Below, in pieces: positions 9,002-17,777 of a DNA stretch of 64,000 nucleotides. The number at the start of each line of letters is the position of its first letter. Position 1 is the stretch's first letter. Source of the DNA: Mycobacteriales bacterium (GTDB lineage Bacteria > Actinomycetota > Actinomycetes > JAFAQI01). The stretch lies in contig DASZRO010000018.1 of assembly GCA_035550055.1 (NCBI GenBank), forward strand, positions 94,743 to 158,742, in the 5' to 3' direction. A program made the translations under genes and the position numbers. Below the pieces are notes generated by a model. It searched no databases. It was not told the DNA's origin and was given only the letters and a program-made list of their open reading frames with translations.

Positions 9002-10195
9002 TCATTGCAACGTCACCGACGTCGGCAGGTGCGCGAAGCCGCGCACGTTGACCGAATGGACCCGGTGCGCGTTCGCCTCGTCCACGTCGTAGCCCGAGAC
9101 GCGCGACACCAGCTGTTCGAGCACGACCTTCGCCTCGAGCCGGGCGAGTGAGGCTCCGAGACAGAAATGCCGGCCCGACCCGAAGCTGAGCAGTTCGGAG
9201 GTGTCACGGTCGAGGTCATACCGGTCGGGTTGCGGGAACACCCGCTCGTCCCGGTTCGCCGACCCGATGAGCAGCAACACCCGCGAGCCGGCGGGCATCG
9301 TCACGTCCGCGACCGTCACGTCGGTGGTCGTCGTACGCGCCAGCATCTGTGTCGAGTTGTCGTAGCGCAGCGTCTCCTCGACCCACGCCGCCACTGCGGC
9401 GCGGTCACCCAGCGGCTTGGCCAGCTGTTCGGGGTGACGCCATCCCCAGTACCAGCAGTGTCCGAGCAGCTTCGTCGTGGTCTCGTTGCCGGCCACGACC
9501 ATGAGGAACAGGAACGCGCCGAGCTCGTCGTCGCTGAGTCGTTCACCGTCGATCTCCACGTCGAGCAGCGCCGAGGTGAGGTCGTCTCGCGGTTGTCTGC
9601 GCCGGGTCGCAATCAGCTCCAGGTAGTAGACCGCGAGCTCGATCGAGGCGGCCGCTGCCGCTTGCGGCACGTCGTACACACCGTCGTCTCGGTGGACGAC
9701 GACGTCGGCGAGGCGCCGCAGCTCGGCCCGGTCCGCCGTGGGCACCCCCAGCAGCTCGGACACCACGTCCATCGGCACCTTGCCGGCAACGTCCTCGATG
9801 AAGTCGAACGTGCCCCGCTCCAGCGCCGGCATCAGATGTGCGTCCGTGATCGCGCGCACCCGCGGCTCCAGGTCCTGGACGCGCCGTGGCGTGAACCCCT
9901 TCGACACCAGCCGTCGCATCCGGCCGTGGCGCGGCTCGTCCATGGCGAGGAACGACATCACCCTGGCGGCCTGCGGTCCGGTCGCCGCCGGGTCGAGCGA
10001 GACCCCGTCGGCACTGGAGTACCGCTCGTCATCACGGAACGCCGCCGCCACGTCGGCGTGGCGGGAGATCGCATAGAACCCGTGGTCGGTGTTGCGGTAG
10101 ACCGGCGCGTGCGCGCGCAGCACCGCGTAAGTCGGATACGGGTCCTCGTGGATCGCATAGTCGTACGGGTCGTACGCCGGAACGGTCGACGTCAT
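9002..10195 (-). CDS. cytochrome P450 (CYP123-like)
   Basis: Heme loop FGSGRHFCLGASLARLE, EXXR and the P450 fold. The position upstream of cyp51 mirrors M. tuberculosis cyp123. Confidence 0.85.
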   Translation of the reverse strand: MTSTVPAYDPYDYAIHEDPYPTYAVLRAHAPVYRNTDHGFYAISRHADVAAAFRDDERYSSADGVSLDPAATGPQAARVMSFLAMDEPRHGRMRRLVSKGFTPRRVQDLEPRVRAITDAHLMPALERGTFDFIEDVAGKVPMDVVSELLGVPTADRAELRRLADVVVHRDDGVYDVPQAAAAASIELAVYYLELIATRRRQPRDDLTSALLDVEIDGERLSDDELGAFLFLMVVAGNETTTKLLGHCWYWGWRHPEQLAKPLGDRAAVAAWVEETLRYDNSTQMLARTTTTDVTVADVTMPAGSRVLLLIGSANRDERVFPQPDRYDLDRDTSELLSFGSGRHFCLGASLARLEAKVVLEQLVSRVSGYDVDEANAHRVHSVNVRGFAHLPTSVTLQ

Positions 10196-10785
10196 CGCGG
10201 TTCCGTCATCAACGCGGTTGCGTCCGCCATCAGCGAGGGCAGATCGTCGTACCTCGCATAACCCATGCCGGCCGAGAGCAGCGCCCCGATGAACGTGAAC
10301 GTCAGGACCGCAGCAACCCGAGAGTCCTCGTCGCGGCCGAGCGCGTCCGCGAGCCGCTTGCCGATCGCGGAGCCGATTCGGTCGCGCAGGACCTGCACGT
10401 CGGCGTCGTGCGCGAGCAGGGCCGTCGTGACGCCCGCGGCGAGCTCCGGCTCGTCCGCGACGAGCAACGCAACCGACCGCATCGCGTCAGCGACGCGATC
10501 CGCCCGCCGCTGACGTCGGCTCGGCGCCGGCGGGTCGAGCGCGTCGAGCCGGCGCCAGAAGACCTCCGTCAGCAGGTGCTCCTTGCTCGCGAAGTACGTG
10601 TACGCCGTCGCCGGCGACACCCCAGCCCGGCGCGCGACCGCGCGCACGGTCAGACCGTCGAAACCGGTCTCGGTGACCTCGGCCACCGCCGCGTCGACGA
10701 GTGCGGTCACGGTGTCCGCCTGCCGACGCGCGAGCGCCCGACGGGGCGCCTCCGAGGCGGCCGGACTGGACACGTGTCCAGACAC
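10192..10785 (-). CDS. TetR/AcrR family transcriptional regulator
   Basis: HTH segment LTVRAVARRAGVSPATAYTYFASKEHLL. Start uncertain: the GTG at 10785 avoids a 60 nt overlap, whereas the track ORF extends to 10854. 4 nt overlap with the downstream P450. Confidence 0.7.
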   Translation of the reverse strand: MSGHVSSPAASEAPRRALARRQADTVTALVDAAVAEVTETGFDGLTVRAVARRAGVSPATAYTYFASKEHLLTEVFWRRLDALDPPAPSRRQRRADRVADAMRSVALLVADEPELAAGVTTALLAHDADVQVLRDRIGSAIGKRLADALGRDEDSRVAAVLTFTFIGALLSAGMGYARYDDLPSLMADATALMTEPR

Positions 10786-10792
10786 TAGACCG

Positions 10793-12064
10793 TCAGGGCG
10801 AGGTTGTGAAGCCGGCCTGCCGGGAAGGCTCGCGGAACCGGAACGCGGCACCACTGCTGATCTTGGCGATGCTCAGCTCGGGCGGCTCGGCGATCGGCGC
10901 AGCCTCCGGGTCGAGCCGGATCCGATAGGAGTGGAGCTCGCCGGCAGCCGGCGTCGTCGGGGTCAGCCGGGCGTGAGGGTCGAACGCCGCGACGATCTGG
11001 GCGAGCGCGGCGTCGACCGCGCCACCGAGGGCAGTGACCCAGGTGAGCGCGTCACCCTCCTGCGCGGCCGCACAGTCGCGAAAGCCGAGCCGCACCGCGT
11101 CGCCGTCGATCTCGACCGAAGCTGCGACGTAGCGACGCGGGGCGAGCATCGGATGGAGCGCCAACATCGTCGCGAGCCCAGAAAGATCGCCGGCGAGGCC
11201 GAGTGCGTCGCGCAGCCGCTGCGCGGTCAGCCCGCACCAACCGGTCAGCAGCCGCGGCAGGATCTGCGCCGCCCGGTCTGCGCCGAGACGGCGACTCACG
11301 CTGAGCAAGAGAGAGCGCAGCAACAGGTGGCTCTGCAGCGCGAACTCCTCGCAAGCCACCTCGAGGGCGGACCGCGAGAAGTCCTCCAACCGAAGGTCCG
11401 GATCGAAAGGACCGCTGTAGTCGGTGCGTCCGGCGCCGCCGGCGGAGTCGGGCGAGCGGACGTCGAGCTGCGCTGCCCGGGACCGGGCGACCTCCGCTTC
11501 GAGCGGGTGCGGCGCGACAGGAGCAGCCGCGGCGGTGATGTCGATGCGCCAGTGGCAGTGGGGAGTGCGGCCGGCGGGGACGCGCGGCGGCCGGTGCAGC
11601 GGCCGGATGGCGGCACGCGGATTGGTCGCTGCTGCTGTCGCGTCGAACGTCGGATCCTCGATCGTGTGGCACATCCCGTGAACGAAGTCCACGCCCATCG
11701 GCTCGACGTCCATCAGCGCGCCGCAGTGCGCCAGCCAGAACTCCGCGTGCTCGGCGTCGATCAGCCGGAAGCGGAAGTCCATGAACTCGTGCGGCGCGCC
11801 GATGTCGAGCTGCAGGTTCTTGCAGATCGTCTCCACACCGTCGCCGGGGAAGCGCAGCGCCTGCTGCATCCGCCGCGAGTAGACCGGACTGGCTGCCATC
11901 CACTCGTCGATCGCGATCTGCTGCATCTCCTCGCGCCCGACGCTCTCCATCACCAGCGCCATGCCGACCCGGTCCTGCAGATGGCCGTGCAGCAACCACT
12001 CCCGTCCGAGCACCGCAAGGGTCGGGTGATCCAGATCGGACAGGTACGGCGCGGCCGGGCTCAC
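10793..12064 (-). CDS. hypothetical protein (423 aa, no recognisable domain)
   Basis: Long ORF in the coding-strand frame between the MFS and TetR genes. No motif I can assign. Confidence 0.5.
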   Translation of the reverse strand: MSPAAPYLSDLDHPTLAVLGREWLLHGHLQDRVGMALVMESVGREEMQQIAIDEWMAASPVYSRRMQQALRFPGDGVETICKNLQLDIGAPHEFMDFRFRLIDAEHAEFWLAHCGALMDVEPMGVDFVHGMCHTIEDPTFDATAAATNPRAAIRPLHRPPRVPAGRTPHCHWRIDITAAAAPVAPHPLEAEVARSRAAQLDVRSPDSAGGAGRTDYSGPFDPDLRLEDFSRSALEVACEEFALQSHLLLRSLLLSVSRRLGADRAAQILPRLLTGWCGLTAQRLRDALGLAGDLSGLATMLALHPMLAPRRYVAASVEIDGDAVRLGFRDCAAAQEGDALTWVTALGGAVDAALAQIVAAFDPHARLTPTTPAAGELHSYRIRLDPEAAPIAEPPELSIAKISSGAAFRFREPSRQAGFTTSP

Positions 12065-12087
12065 GGCTCCCGGACGCTAGTGGGCGG

Positions 12088-13500
12088 TCACTGCGCGAGC
12101 AAGCCGAAGCAGCCCAGGACGGCGAAGCCGACCAGCGGCCACGCCAGTCCGCCCGATGCGGTGAAGGTGAGCACGGCGAGCGCCGTACCGGCGGCCGTGC
12201 CGAGCCCGCGCGTCATGTTGAGCAGCCCGGCCACCGCGCCCGAGGTGCCGGTCGGCGCCGCGAGCATCACCGAGCGGTTGTTCGCCGGGGTGAACGTGCC
12301 GATGCCGAGTCCGACTGCACCCAGCGTCAGCGCGAGCACCGGGCCGGCCGGACGCGTCACGGCGGTGATCGCCAGCGCAGCGACCGTCAGCATCAGCCCT
12401 GATCGAGCCACTCGGCTCGGCATCCGGTCGGCGAGGCGACCGGCGAGCGGCGCCGCGACTCCGATGCCCAGCGGCAGTGCCGCGGTGAGCAAACCGACTG
12501 CGGTCGTGCCGAGATGACGATCGCGGGTCAGGAACAGCGGCACCACCACCAGCGTCCCGAACAGCGCGGCGTATCCGCACAACGCTGCCGACAGCCCTCG
12601 TCGCAGGCCTGGCGCGCTGAGGACGACCGGCTGCACGAGCGGCGCGGCGCTTCGACGCTGGTGTCGCCCGGTCACGATCGCGACGACGACCGCCGTCGCG
12701 CCCGCGACACCCGCCGCGACCCCGTCGCGCGACTGGCCGGCAAACGACATCGCCAGCAGCCCGACCGCGACCGCGGCGACGAACAGCGCGATGCCGCGCG
12801 GGTCGATCCGGCGGGCAGGTGCGAGGTCACGACTGCGCGGCAGCAGCATCGCAGCGGTGCCCAACCCGACGATCCCAGCGGGCACGTTGACGAGGAACAG
12901 CAGCCGCCAGCTGCCCGCTGACAGCAACAGCCCGCCGAGCGCCGGGCCTCCCGCGAGGCCGATCGCCTGCGCAGCTGCCTGCAGCCCGACCATTCGGCCC
13001 AGCCGGGCGCGCGGCGCCACCGCCGCGATCAGCGCGACACTGTTCGCCTGCATCAGCGCCGCGCCGACCGCCTGCACGACCCGGCAGCCGCACAGCGCGG
13101 GTAGGTCAGGGGCGATGGCGCATGCGGCACTGGCCGCGGCGAACACGGCGAAGCCGGCGATGTAGAGCGCCTTGCGGCCGACGCTGTCCGCCCACGCACC
13201 GATCGGCACGACCAGCGCGACGAGGGTCAGCACGTAGGACAACGACACCCACTCGACCGCTCCGACGCTCGCATGGAACGAGCCGGACATCCGGGGCAGC
13301 GCAACGCTGACGATGCTGGCGTCGAGTTGGCCCATGAACGCGCCGATGCACACCGTCGCGACGGCGAAGATCGGCGCTCGCGGCGATGCCGCGATCCGGC
13401 GGGGCCGGGCCGGCTCGAGCAAGCTGAGCAGGCGATAACCCGGCACACCCTGCGGTGGCCCGACCCTCCCGAGTCCAGCACCGACCGGCTGATTCTGCAT
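12088..13500 (-). CDS. MFS transporter, DHA2 (14-TMS drug:H+ antiporter) family
   Basis: 470 aa with about 14 hydrophobic segments and MFS motifs (GxLaDrxGrk-like). Divergent from a MarR gene. Confidence 0.8.
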   Translation of the reverse strand: MQNQPVGAGLGRVGPPQGVPGYRLLSLLEPARPRRIAASPRAPIFAVATVCIGAFMGQLDASIVSVALPRMSGSFHASVGAVEWVSLSYVLTLVALVVPIGAWADSVGRKALYIAGFAVFAAASAACAIAPDLPALCGCRVVQAVGAALMQANSVALIAAVAPRARLGRMVGLQAAAQAIGLAGGPALGGLLLSAGSWRLLFLVNVPAGIVGLGTAAMLLPRSRDLAPARRIDPRGIALFVAAVAVGLLAMSFAGQSRDGVAAGVAGATAVVVAIVTGRHQRRSAAPLVQPVVLSAPGLRRGLSAALCGYAALFGTLVVVPLFLTRDRHLGTTAVGLLTAALPLGIGVAAPLAGRLADRMPSRVARSGLMLTVAALAITAVTRPAGPVLALTLGAVGLGIGTFTPANNRSVMLAAPTGTSGAVAGLLNMTRGLGTAAGTALAVLTFTASGGLAWPLVGFAVLGCFGLLAQ

Positions 13501-13577
13501 ATTGATACTGTAACAGGATGTTTCTGCCTTAGGAATGCCCTGCGACCGAATAGCACCTGCGGCCGTACGATGCGCAG

Positions 13578-14042
13578 ATGCCCGCCTCCCGCCGGTCGAC
13601 CACCGCCGACCTGGACGCGCTGGCCGACGTCGTCACCAGGCTCCGGCGCGCGCTGCGCCGCGTCGTCCGCTCGGACCTGCCGTTCGAAACGCTGCCGATG
13701 GCTCAGATCGAGGTGATGCAGCTACTGGCTGAGCGACCAGGGCTGCGCGCCGGCGAGGTGGGCGAGGCGCTGCTGCTCGCGCCGACCACCGTCAGCACGC
13801 TGATCGGGACGTTGCTCGCGCAGGACCTGATCGATCGCCAGCCGGATCCGGCGGATCGCCGCGCGTGGCGGTTGGTGCTCACCGCGGAGGGTGAAGCCCG
13901 CCTCGCCGACTGGCAGCAGTCCAACCGCCGGGTCATGCGCTCAGCCGCGAGCGGCTTGGCCGACGAGGACCTGGTGGCGCTACGCAACGCACTGCCCGCG
14001 CTCACCCGGCTCGTCACGGAACTGGACGGAAACCGCCAGTGA
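13578..14042 (+). CDS. MarR family transcriptional regulator
   Basis: Winged-helix segment LPMAQIEVMQLLAERPGLRAGEVGEALLLAPTTVSTLIGTLLAQDLIDRQPDPADRRAWRL. Divergent from the MFS gene. Confidence 0.85.
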   Translation: MPASRRSTTADLDALADVVTRLRRALRRVVRSDLPFETLPMAQIEVMQLLAERPGLRAGEVGEALLLAPTTVSTLIGTLLAQDLIDRQPDPADRRAWRLVLTAEGEARLADWQQSNRRVMRSAASGLADEDLVALRNALPALTRLVTELDGNRQ

Positions 14043-14542
14043 GTCAGGGAGCCGATCCCAGCCGGTGGCCGGTCGACCCCGATGTGACGGCCGACGATGC
14101 CGCAGCGCCCCGGCACACGCTCATCGACGCGCGACGGGTGGCCGTCGTCTTCGCAGGTGGCCTGGTCGGCGGGTGTGCACGGTACGAAGCGGTCACCCAC
14201 TGGGCGAGCGCTGCGGGCCGGTTCCCGTGGTCCACGTTCGTCGTGAACACGGTGGGCGCGTTCGTTCTGGGCGTCCTGGTCGTCGTCGTGTCGGAGGTCC
14301 TCGGACCGTCGACGTACGCCCGACCGTTGATCGGCGCCGGGTTCTGCGGCGCGCTGACCACCTTCAGCTCCGTCGCGGTGCAGTTCGACGAGCTCGCCGC
14401 GCACGGACATCTCGGCCTCGGCTGCGGCTACCTGTTCGCAAGCCTCGTCGCCGGCCTCGTGGTCGCGGCGACAGGTGTGTGGTTCGCTCGCCGGCTGCCC
14501 CCGACCGCAGCGCGGCGCGCCCTGACCGCAGAGCCTGGCTGA
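14039..14542 (+). CDS. crcB: fluoride ion channel CrcB/FluC
   Basis: Motifs GGLVGGxxRY, FPWxTFxVNxxGAFxLG and GFCGALTTFSS. The N-terminal extension means the start may be later. Confidence 0.85.
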   Translation: MSQGADPSRWPVDPDVTADDAAAPRHTLIDARRVAVVFAGGLVGGCARYEAVTHWASAAGRFPWSTFVVNTVGAFVLGVLVVVVSEVLGPSTYARPLIGAGFCGALTTFSSVAVQFDELAAHGHLGLGCGYLFASLVAGLVVAATGVWFARRLPPTAARRALTAEPG

Positions 14543-14910
14543 TGGTCCTCGCGCTGCTCGTCTCGCTCGCCGCGGCACTCGGCGCGGTCGGCCGCTACAC
14601 GCTGGACACAGCGGTCCAACGCCGTCATCGATCCGCGCTGCCGTGGGGCACGTTCGTCATCAACGTGACGGGGTCGTTCGTACTAGGCCTCGTGACCGGC
14701 ATCGCCACTCATCACGGCTTCCCCAGCCGTGCGACGACGACCATCGGCACCGGCCTGTGCGGCGGTTACACCACCTGGAGCACCTTCCTCTGGGAGTCCT
14801 TCGCCCTCGCCGAGCAAGGCCGGCCGCTCGCTGCGGCGAACAATGTGCTCGGCAGCCTCACCATCGGATTGGCCGCCGCGGCTGCCGGGCTTGGTCTAGC
14901 TCTGCTTTAG
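14542..14910 (+). CDS. crcB: fluoride ion channel CrcB/FluC (second protomer)
   Basis: ATG overlaps the previous stop (TGATG). PWGTFVINVTGSFVLG and GLCGGYTTWSTF motifs. Confidence 0.85.
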   Translation: MVLALLVSLAAALGAVGRYTLDTAVQRRHRSALPWGTFVINVTGSFVLGLVTGIATHHGFPSRATTTIGTGLCGGYTTWSTFLWESFALAEQGRPLAAANNVLGSLTIGLAAAAAGLGLALL

Positions 14911-15273
14911 GTGCGGCGGGACCAGATGGTCCGGGAGCTCGTGGTCCACCCCGAGGTGCTCCTTGATGTGGTGCAGGTGGGCGAGCGCCTCGGCGTGGAG
15001 CTTCGAGGCGTGCATCGTGGTCAGTGACGTCGTCAGCAGCGAGAAGGTCGCCGCGAACAACGGAATGACCGTCAGCATCACGAGTACGGCGATGACCCGG
15101 CCGGTGCTCGTGTGCGGAGTGATGTCGCCGTACCCGACGGTCGTCGCGGTCGTGACCGACCAGTACAGCCCGGTGGCGACCGAGATGTTCTCGACGGCGG
15201 CGAACCAGATCGCGCCGATCACGTCGAAGCCGACCGCCGCGGCGATGGTGACCAGTGCGGCTCGGCGGTTCAT
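14896..15273 (-). CDS. 2-TM potassium channel (KcsA-like, Ion_trans_2)
   Basis: Selectivity filter TTVGYGD between two TM helices. ATG at 15273 (MNRRAALVTIAAAV...). Confidence 0.8.
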   Translation of the reverse strand: MNRRAALVTIAAAVGFDVIGAIWFAAVENISVATGLYWSVTTATTVGYGDITPHTSTGRVIAVLVMLTVIPLFAATFSLLTTSLTTMHASKLHAEALAHLHHIKEHLGVDHELPDHLVPPHLKQS

Positions 15274-15632
15274 GTGTCCGCCTTCACGGCCAGCGCGGCG
15301 TGGTGGGCGGCGTGCGCCTCCTCGACGCTGACCGGCCCGGCCGCCGGATGGTGCTTGCGGCACAACAGGTGCCCTGCCGCGGTCGGCCGTTTGAGCTGGA
15401 TCCGCGGGCAACCGGGGATCTCACAGTTGTGGTGGCGGATCAGCAGCACCAAGCCGCCGAGGAGAGGCAGGTCTCCGAGGATGATCGCGCCGGAACCCGA
15501 CTCGAACGCATACCAGCGACTCGCCTCGTTCTTCACGCCGAGGAACTGGATGAAGCCGTCCCACCAGACCACCATCGCGGCCAGGCCCACGACGACCAGC
15601 ACCAGCCCGACCGTCAGGTTTCGTTTGGGCAT
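15270..15632 (-). CDS. small membrane protein with Cys/His-rich C-terminus
   Basis: 120 aa with two TM helices and a tail CEIPGCPRIQLKRPTAAGHLLCRKHH. ATGA overlap with the K+ channel gene. Confidence 0.55.
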   Translation of the reverse strand: MPKRNLTVGLVLVVVGLAAMVVWWDGFIQFLGVKNEASRWYAFESGSGAIILGDLPLLGGLVLLIRHHNCEIPGCPRIQLKRPTAAGHLLCRKHHPAAGPVSVEEAHAAHHAALAVKADT

Positions 15633-15650
15633 GGCCTCAAAGTAAGGCCA

Positions 15651-16391
15651 TCAGCCAACGGTGGCGTGCATCTCCCACACCAGAATCTCCGCGTCCGACG
15701 ACGCCGTCACACGGCGTTCGCCGGCCGCGGTGAGCCGCGCCGCATCCCCTTCGGAGAGCACGCCCGTGGCCTCGACGTCGACCGAGCCGACCGGAACGAA
15801 CAGGTGAACGTAGGGCGCATCGGGCACCGTGACCGCCTCCCCCGGTCGCAGCCTCGCGGCGTACAGCGCGGCGTGACGGTTCCCGATCCGGATCGCGGCC
15901 TCGTCGCGATGGCGCGCCATGCCGGAGGCGACAATGGTCAGCCGTCCTTGCAGCTGATCCGGGGCAATCTCCAGCTGCTCGTAGCCCGGTGTGACGCCCG
16001 CGGTGTCAGGCAGCACCCACATCTGCACGAAGTGAACCGGCTCGTCGGCGCCGGGTGCCCTGACGTCGTTCTTCTCCGAGTGCAGGATGCCGGTTCCGGC
16101 GCTCATGCGCTGCGCGAGCCCCGGATAGAGCACCCCCGAGTTGCCTTCCGAGTCCTGATGCACCAGCGACCCACGCAACACCCACGTCACGATCTCCATG
16201 TCGCGGTGCGGGTGCGTCTCGAAGCCCGTGCCCGGCGCGACGATGTCGTCGTTGTTCACCAGCAGCAGCCCGTGATGGGTGTTCGTCGGGTCGTAGTGCG
16301 ACCCGAACGAGAAAGAGTGCTTCGAGTCCAGCCACGAGATCTTCGTACGATCCCGGTCGACGGCCCGGCGGATCTGCGTCATCTCCGGCAC
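15651..16391 (-). CDS. pirin family protein (bicupin)
   Basis: Metal-binding motif HPHRDMEIVTWVL...HSE and the conserved pirin N-terminus. Confidence 0.85.
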   Translation of the reverse strand: MPEMTQIRRAVDRDRTKISWLDSKHSFSFGSHYDPTNTHHGLLLVNNDDIVAPGTGFETHPHRDMEIVTWVLRGSLVHQDSEGNSGVLYPGLAQRMSAGTGILHSEKNDVRAPGADEPVHFVQMWVLPDTAGVTPGYEQLEIAPDQLQGRLTIVASGMARHRDEAAIRIGNRHAALYAARLRPGEAVTVPDAPYVHLFVPVGSVDVEATGVLSEGDAARLTAAGERRVTASSDAEILVWEMHATVG

Positions 16392-16427
16392 ACCCGGTCA
16401 ACCAAGACCGGGACGTGCACATTCCGG

Positions 16428-17777
16428 CTAGAGCAGGACTCCCGGGTTCAGCAGACCGGCGGGATCGAGGGCCGCCCTGATCGCCCGCATGACGGCGATC
16501 TCGTCGGCCGACCGAGACAGCCCCAGGTACTCCGCCTTCGCGCGGCCGACCCCGTGCTCCGCGCTGATCGAGCCGCCGAAGGCGGACACCAGCTCGAGGA
16601 CGGCGCCTTCCACCTCCGCGTCCCGATCGAGGGCGTCGAGGACGTTGACGTGCAGATTGCCCTCGTTGACGTGGCCGAACAGCACGAGGCGCGCGTTGGG
16701 CGCGGCCGCGGCGATCGCTCCGGGAAGGTCGTCGACGAGCTCGGCCAGCCGGCCGATCGGCACCGCGACGTCCAGCTTCACCGGCACGCCGTTGGCGTTG
16801 ATCGATTCGGTGTGCGCCTCGCGGTAGCGCCACAGCGCGGCGCGGCCTCGCGCGTCTCCCGCGACCGTCGCATCGAGTACGACGTCGCCCGCCTGCTCGA
16901 TCGCTGCGAGAAGCTCGTCGGACGGGTCTTCGCTCGCGGCGCACTCGAGGACGACGTACGCGCCGTGCTCGTCGGGGAACGGCGCCGGCAACCCGGTGTG
17001 CTCGCACACCATCGCCAGGCCCGTTGGGTAGAACAGCTCGGCCGCTTCGAGGTCCGGCAGCGCCCGGGCAGCGCGTACCAGCTCGACCGCGTCGGAGGTC
17101 GACCCCACGGCGACGAGGGCGACCGCGCGCGCAGAGTGCAGCGGATGCAACCGGAGCCGGACTCGGGTGAGGACGCCGAGCGTGCCCTCGGCACCGGCGA
17201 GCAGCGACATCAGGTCGTAGCCGGTGTTGTCCTTCGGCAATCCCGCCAGCCGGGTGAGCACGCTGCCGTCCGCCAGCACGGCCTCGATGCCGGCGACCTG
17301 AGCGCGCATCGTGCCGTACCGCAGCACGCGTTCGCCGCCTGCGTTGGTCGACACCATTCCGCCGATCGTGCACGACTCCCGCGCCGCGAAGTCCACACCG
17401 ACGTCGAAGCCGCTCGGCCGCACCGCTTGCTGCACGCTGGCCAGCGTCGCCCCGGCACCGACGGTGATCTGGGCGGCAGCCCGGTCGATCTCGTCCACCG
17501 CTGACAACCGTCTCGTGCTCAGCAGCACCGCGCCGTCGACCGGGACCGAGCCACCTACGAGCCCAGTGTTCCCGCCCTGCACGCACACCGCGACACCCGC
17601 CTGACGGCAGGTCGTCACGACCGCGGCCGTCTCGGCGGTGTCGGCCGGACGGACCACGAGTCGGGCGTTAGCGCTGAACCGGCCGGTCCAGTCCGACTCG
17701 TACGACGCGCGCATGTCCCCGTCGAGCAGCACGTGGGACTCGCCGACGATCTCGGCGAGCGTTGCCTCGAGGGTCAC
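16428..17777 (-). CDS. FAD-linked oxidase (GlcD/D-2-hydroxyacid dehydrogenase family)
   Basis: FAD_binding_4 N-domain (VVRPADTAETAAVVTTCRQAGVAVCVQGGNTGLVGGSVP) and a FAD-oxidase C-domain. Confidence 0.85.
   Translation of the reverse strand: MTLEATLAEIVGESHVLLDGDMRASYESDWTGRFSANARLVVRPADTAETAAVVTTCRQAGVAVCVQGGNTGLVGGSVPVDGAVLLSTRRLSAVDEIDRAAAQITVGAGATLASVQQAVRPSGFDVGVDFAARESCTIGGMVSTNAGGERVLRYGTMRAQVAGIEAVLADGSVLTRLAGLPKDNTGYDLMSLLAGAEGTLGVLTRVRLRLHPLHSARAVALVAVGSTSDAVELVRAARALPDLEAAELFYPTGLAMVCEHTGLPAPFPDEHGAYVVLECAASEDPSDELLAAIEQAGDVVLDATVAGDARGRAALWRYREAHTESINANGVPVKLDVAVPIGRLAELVDDLPGAIAAAAPNARLVLFGHVNEGNLHVNVLDALDRDAEVEGAVLELVSAFGGSISAEHGVGRAKAEYLGLSRSADEIAVMRAIRAALDPAGLLNPGVLL

Noticed and set aside
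13500-13578. MarR/MFS divergent spacer as a novel regulatory element
   Set aside because: This is a standard divergent MarR-efflux arrangement with a short AT-richer spacer. Nothing beyond an ordinary operator or promoter is expected.
15255-17504. 749 aa plus-strand ORF in the track
   Set aside because: It is antisense to the well-supported pirin and FAD-oxidase genes and has an Arg/Gly/Asp/Val-biased composition. This is a typical high-GC antisense open frame and not a gene.
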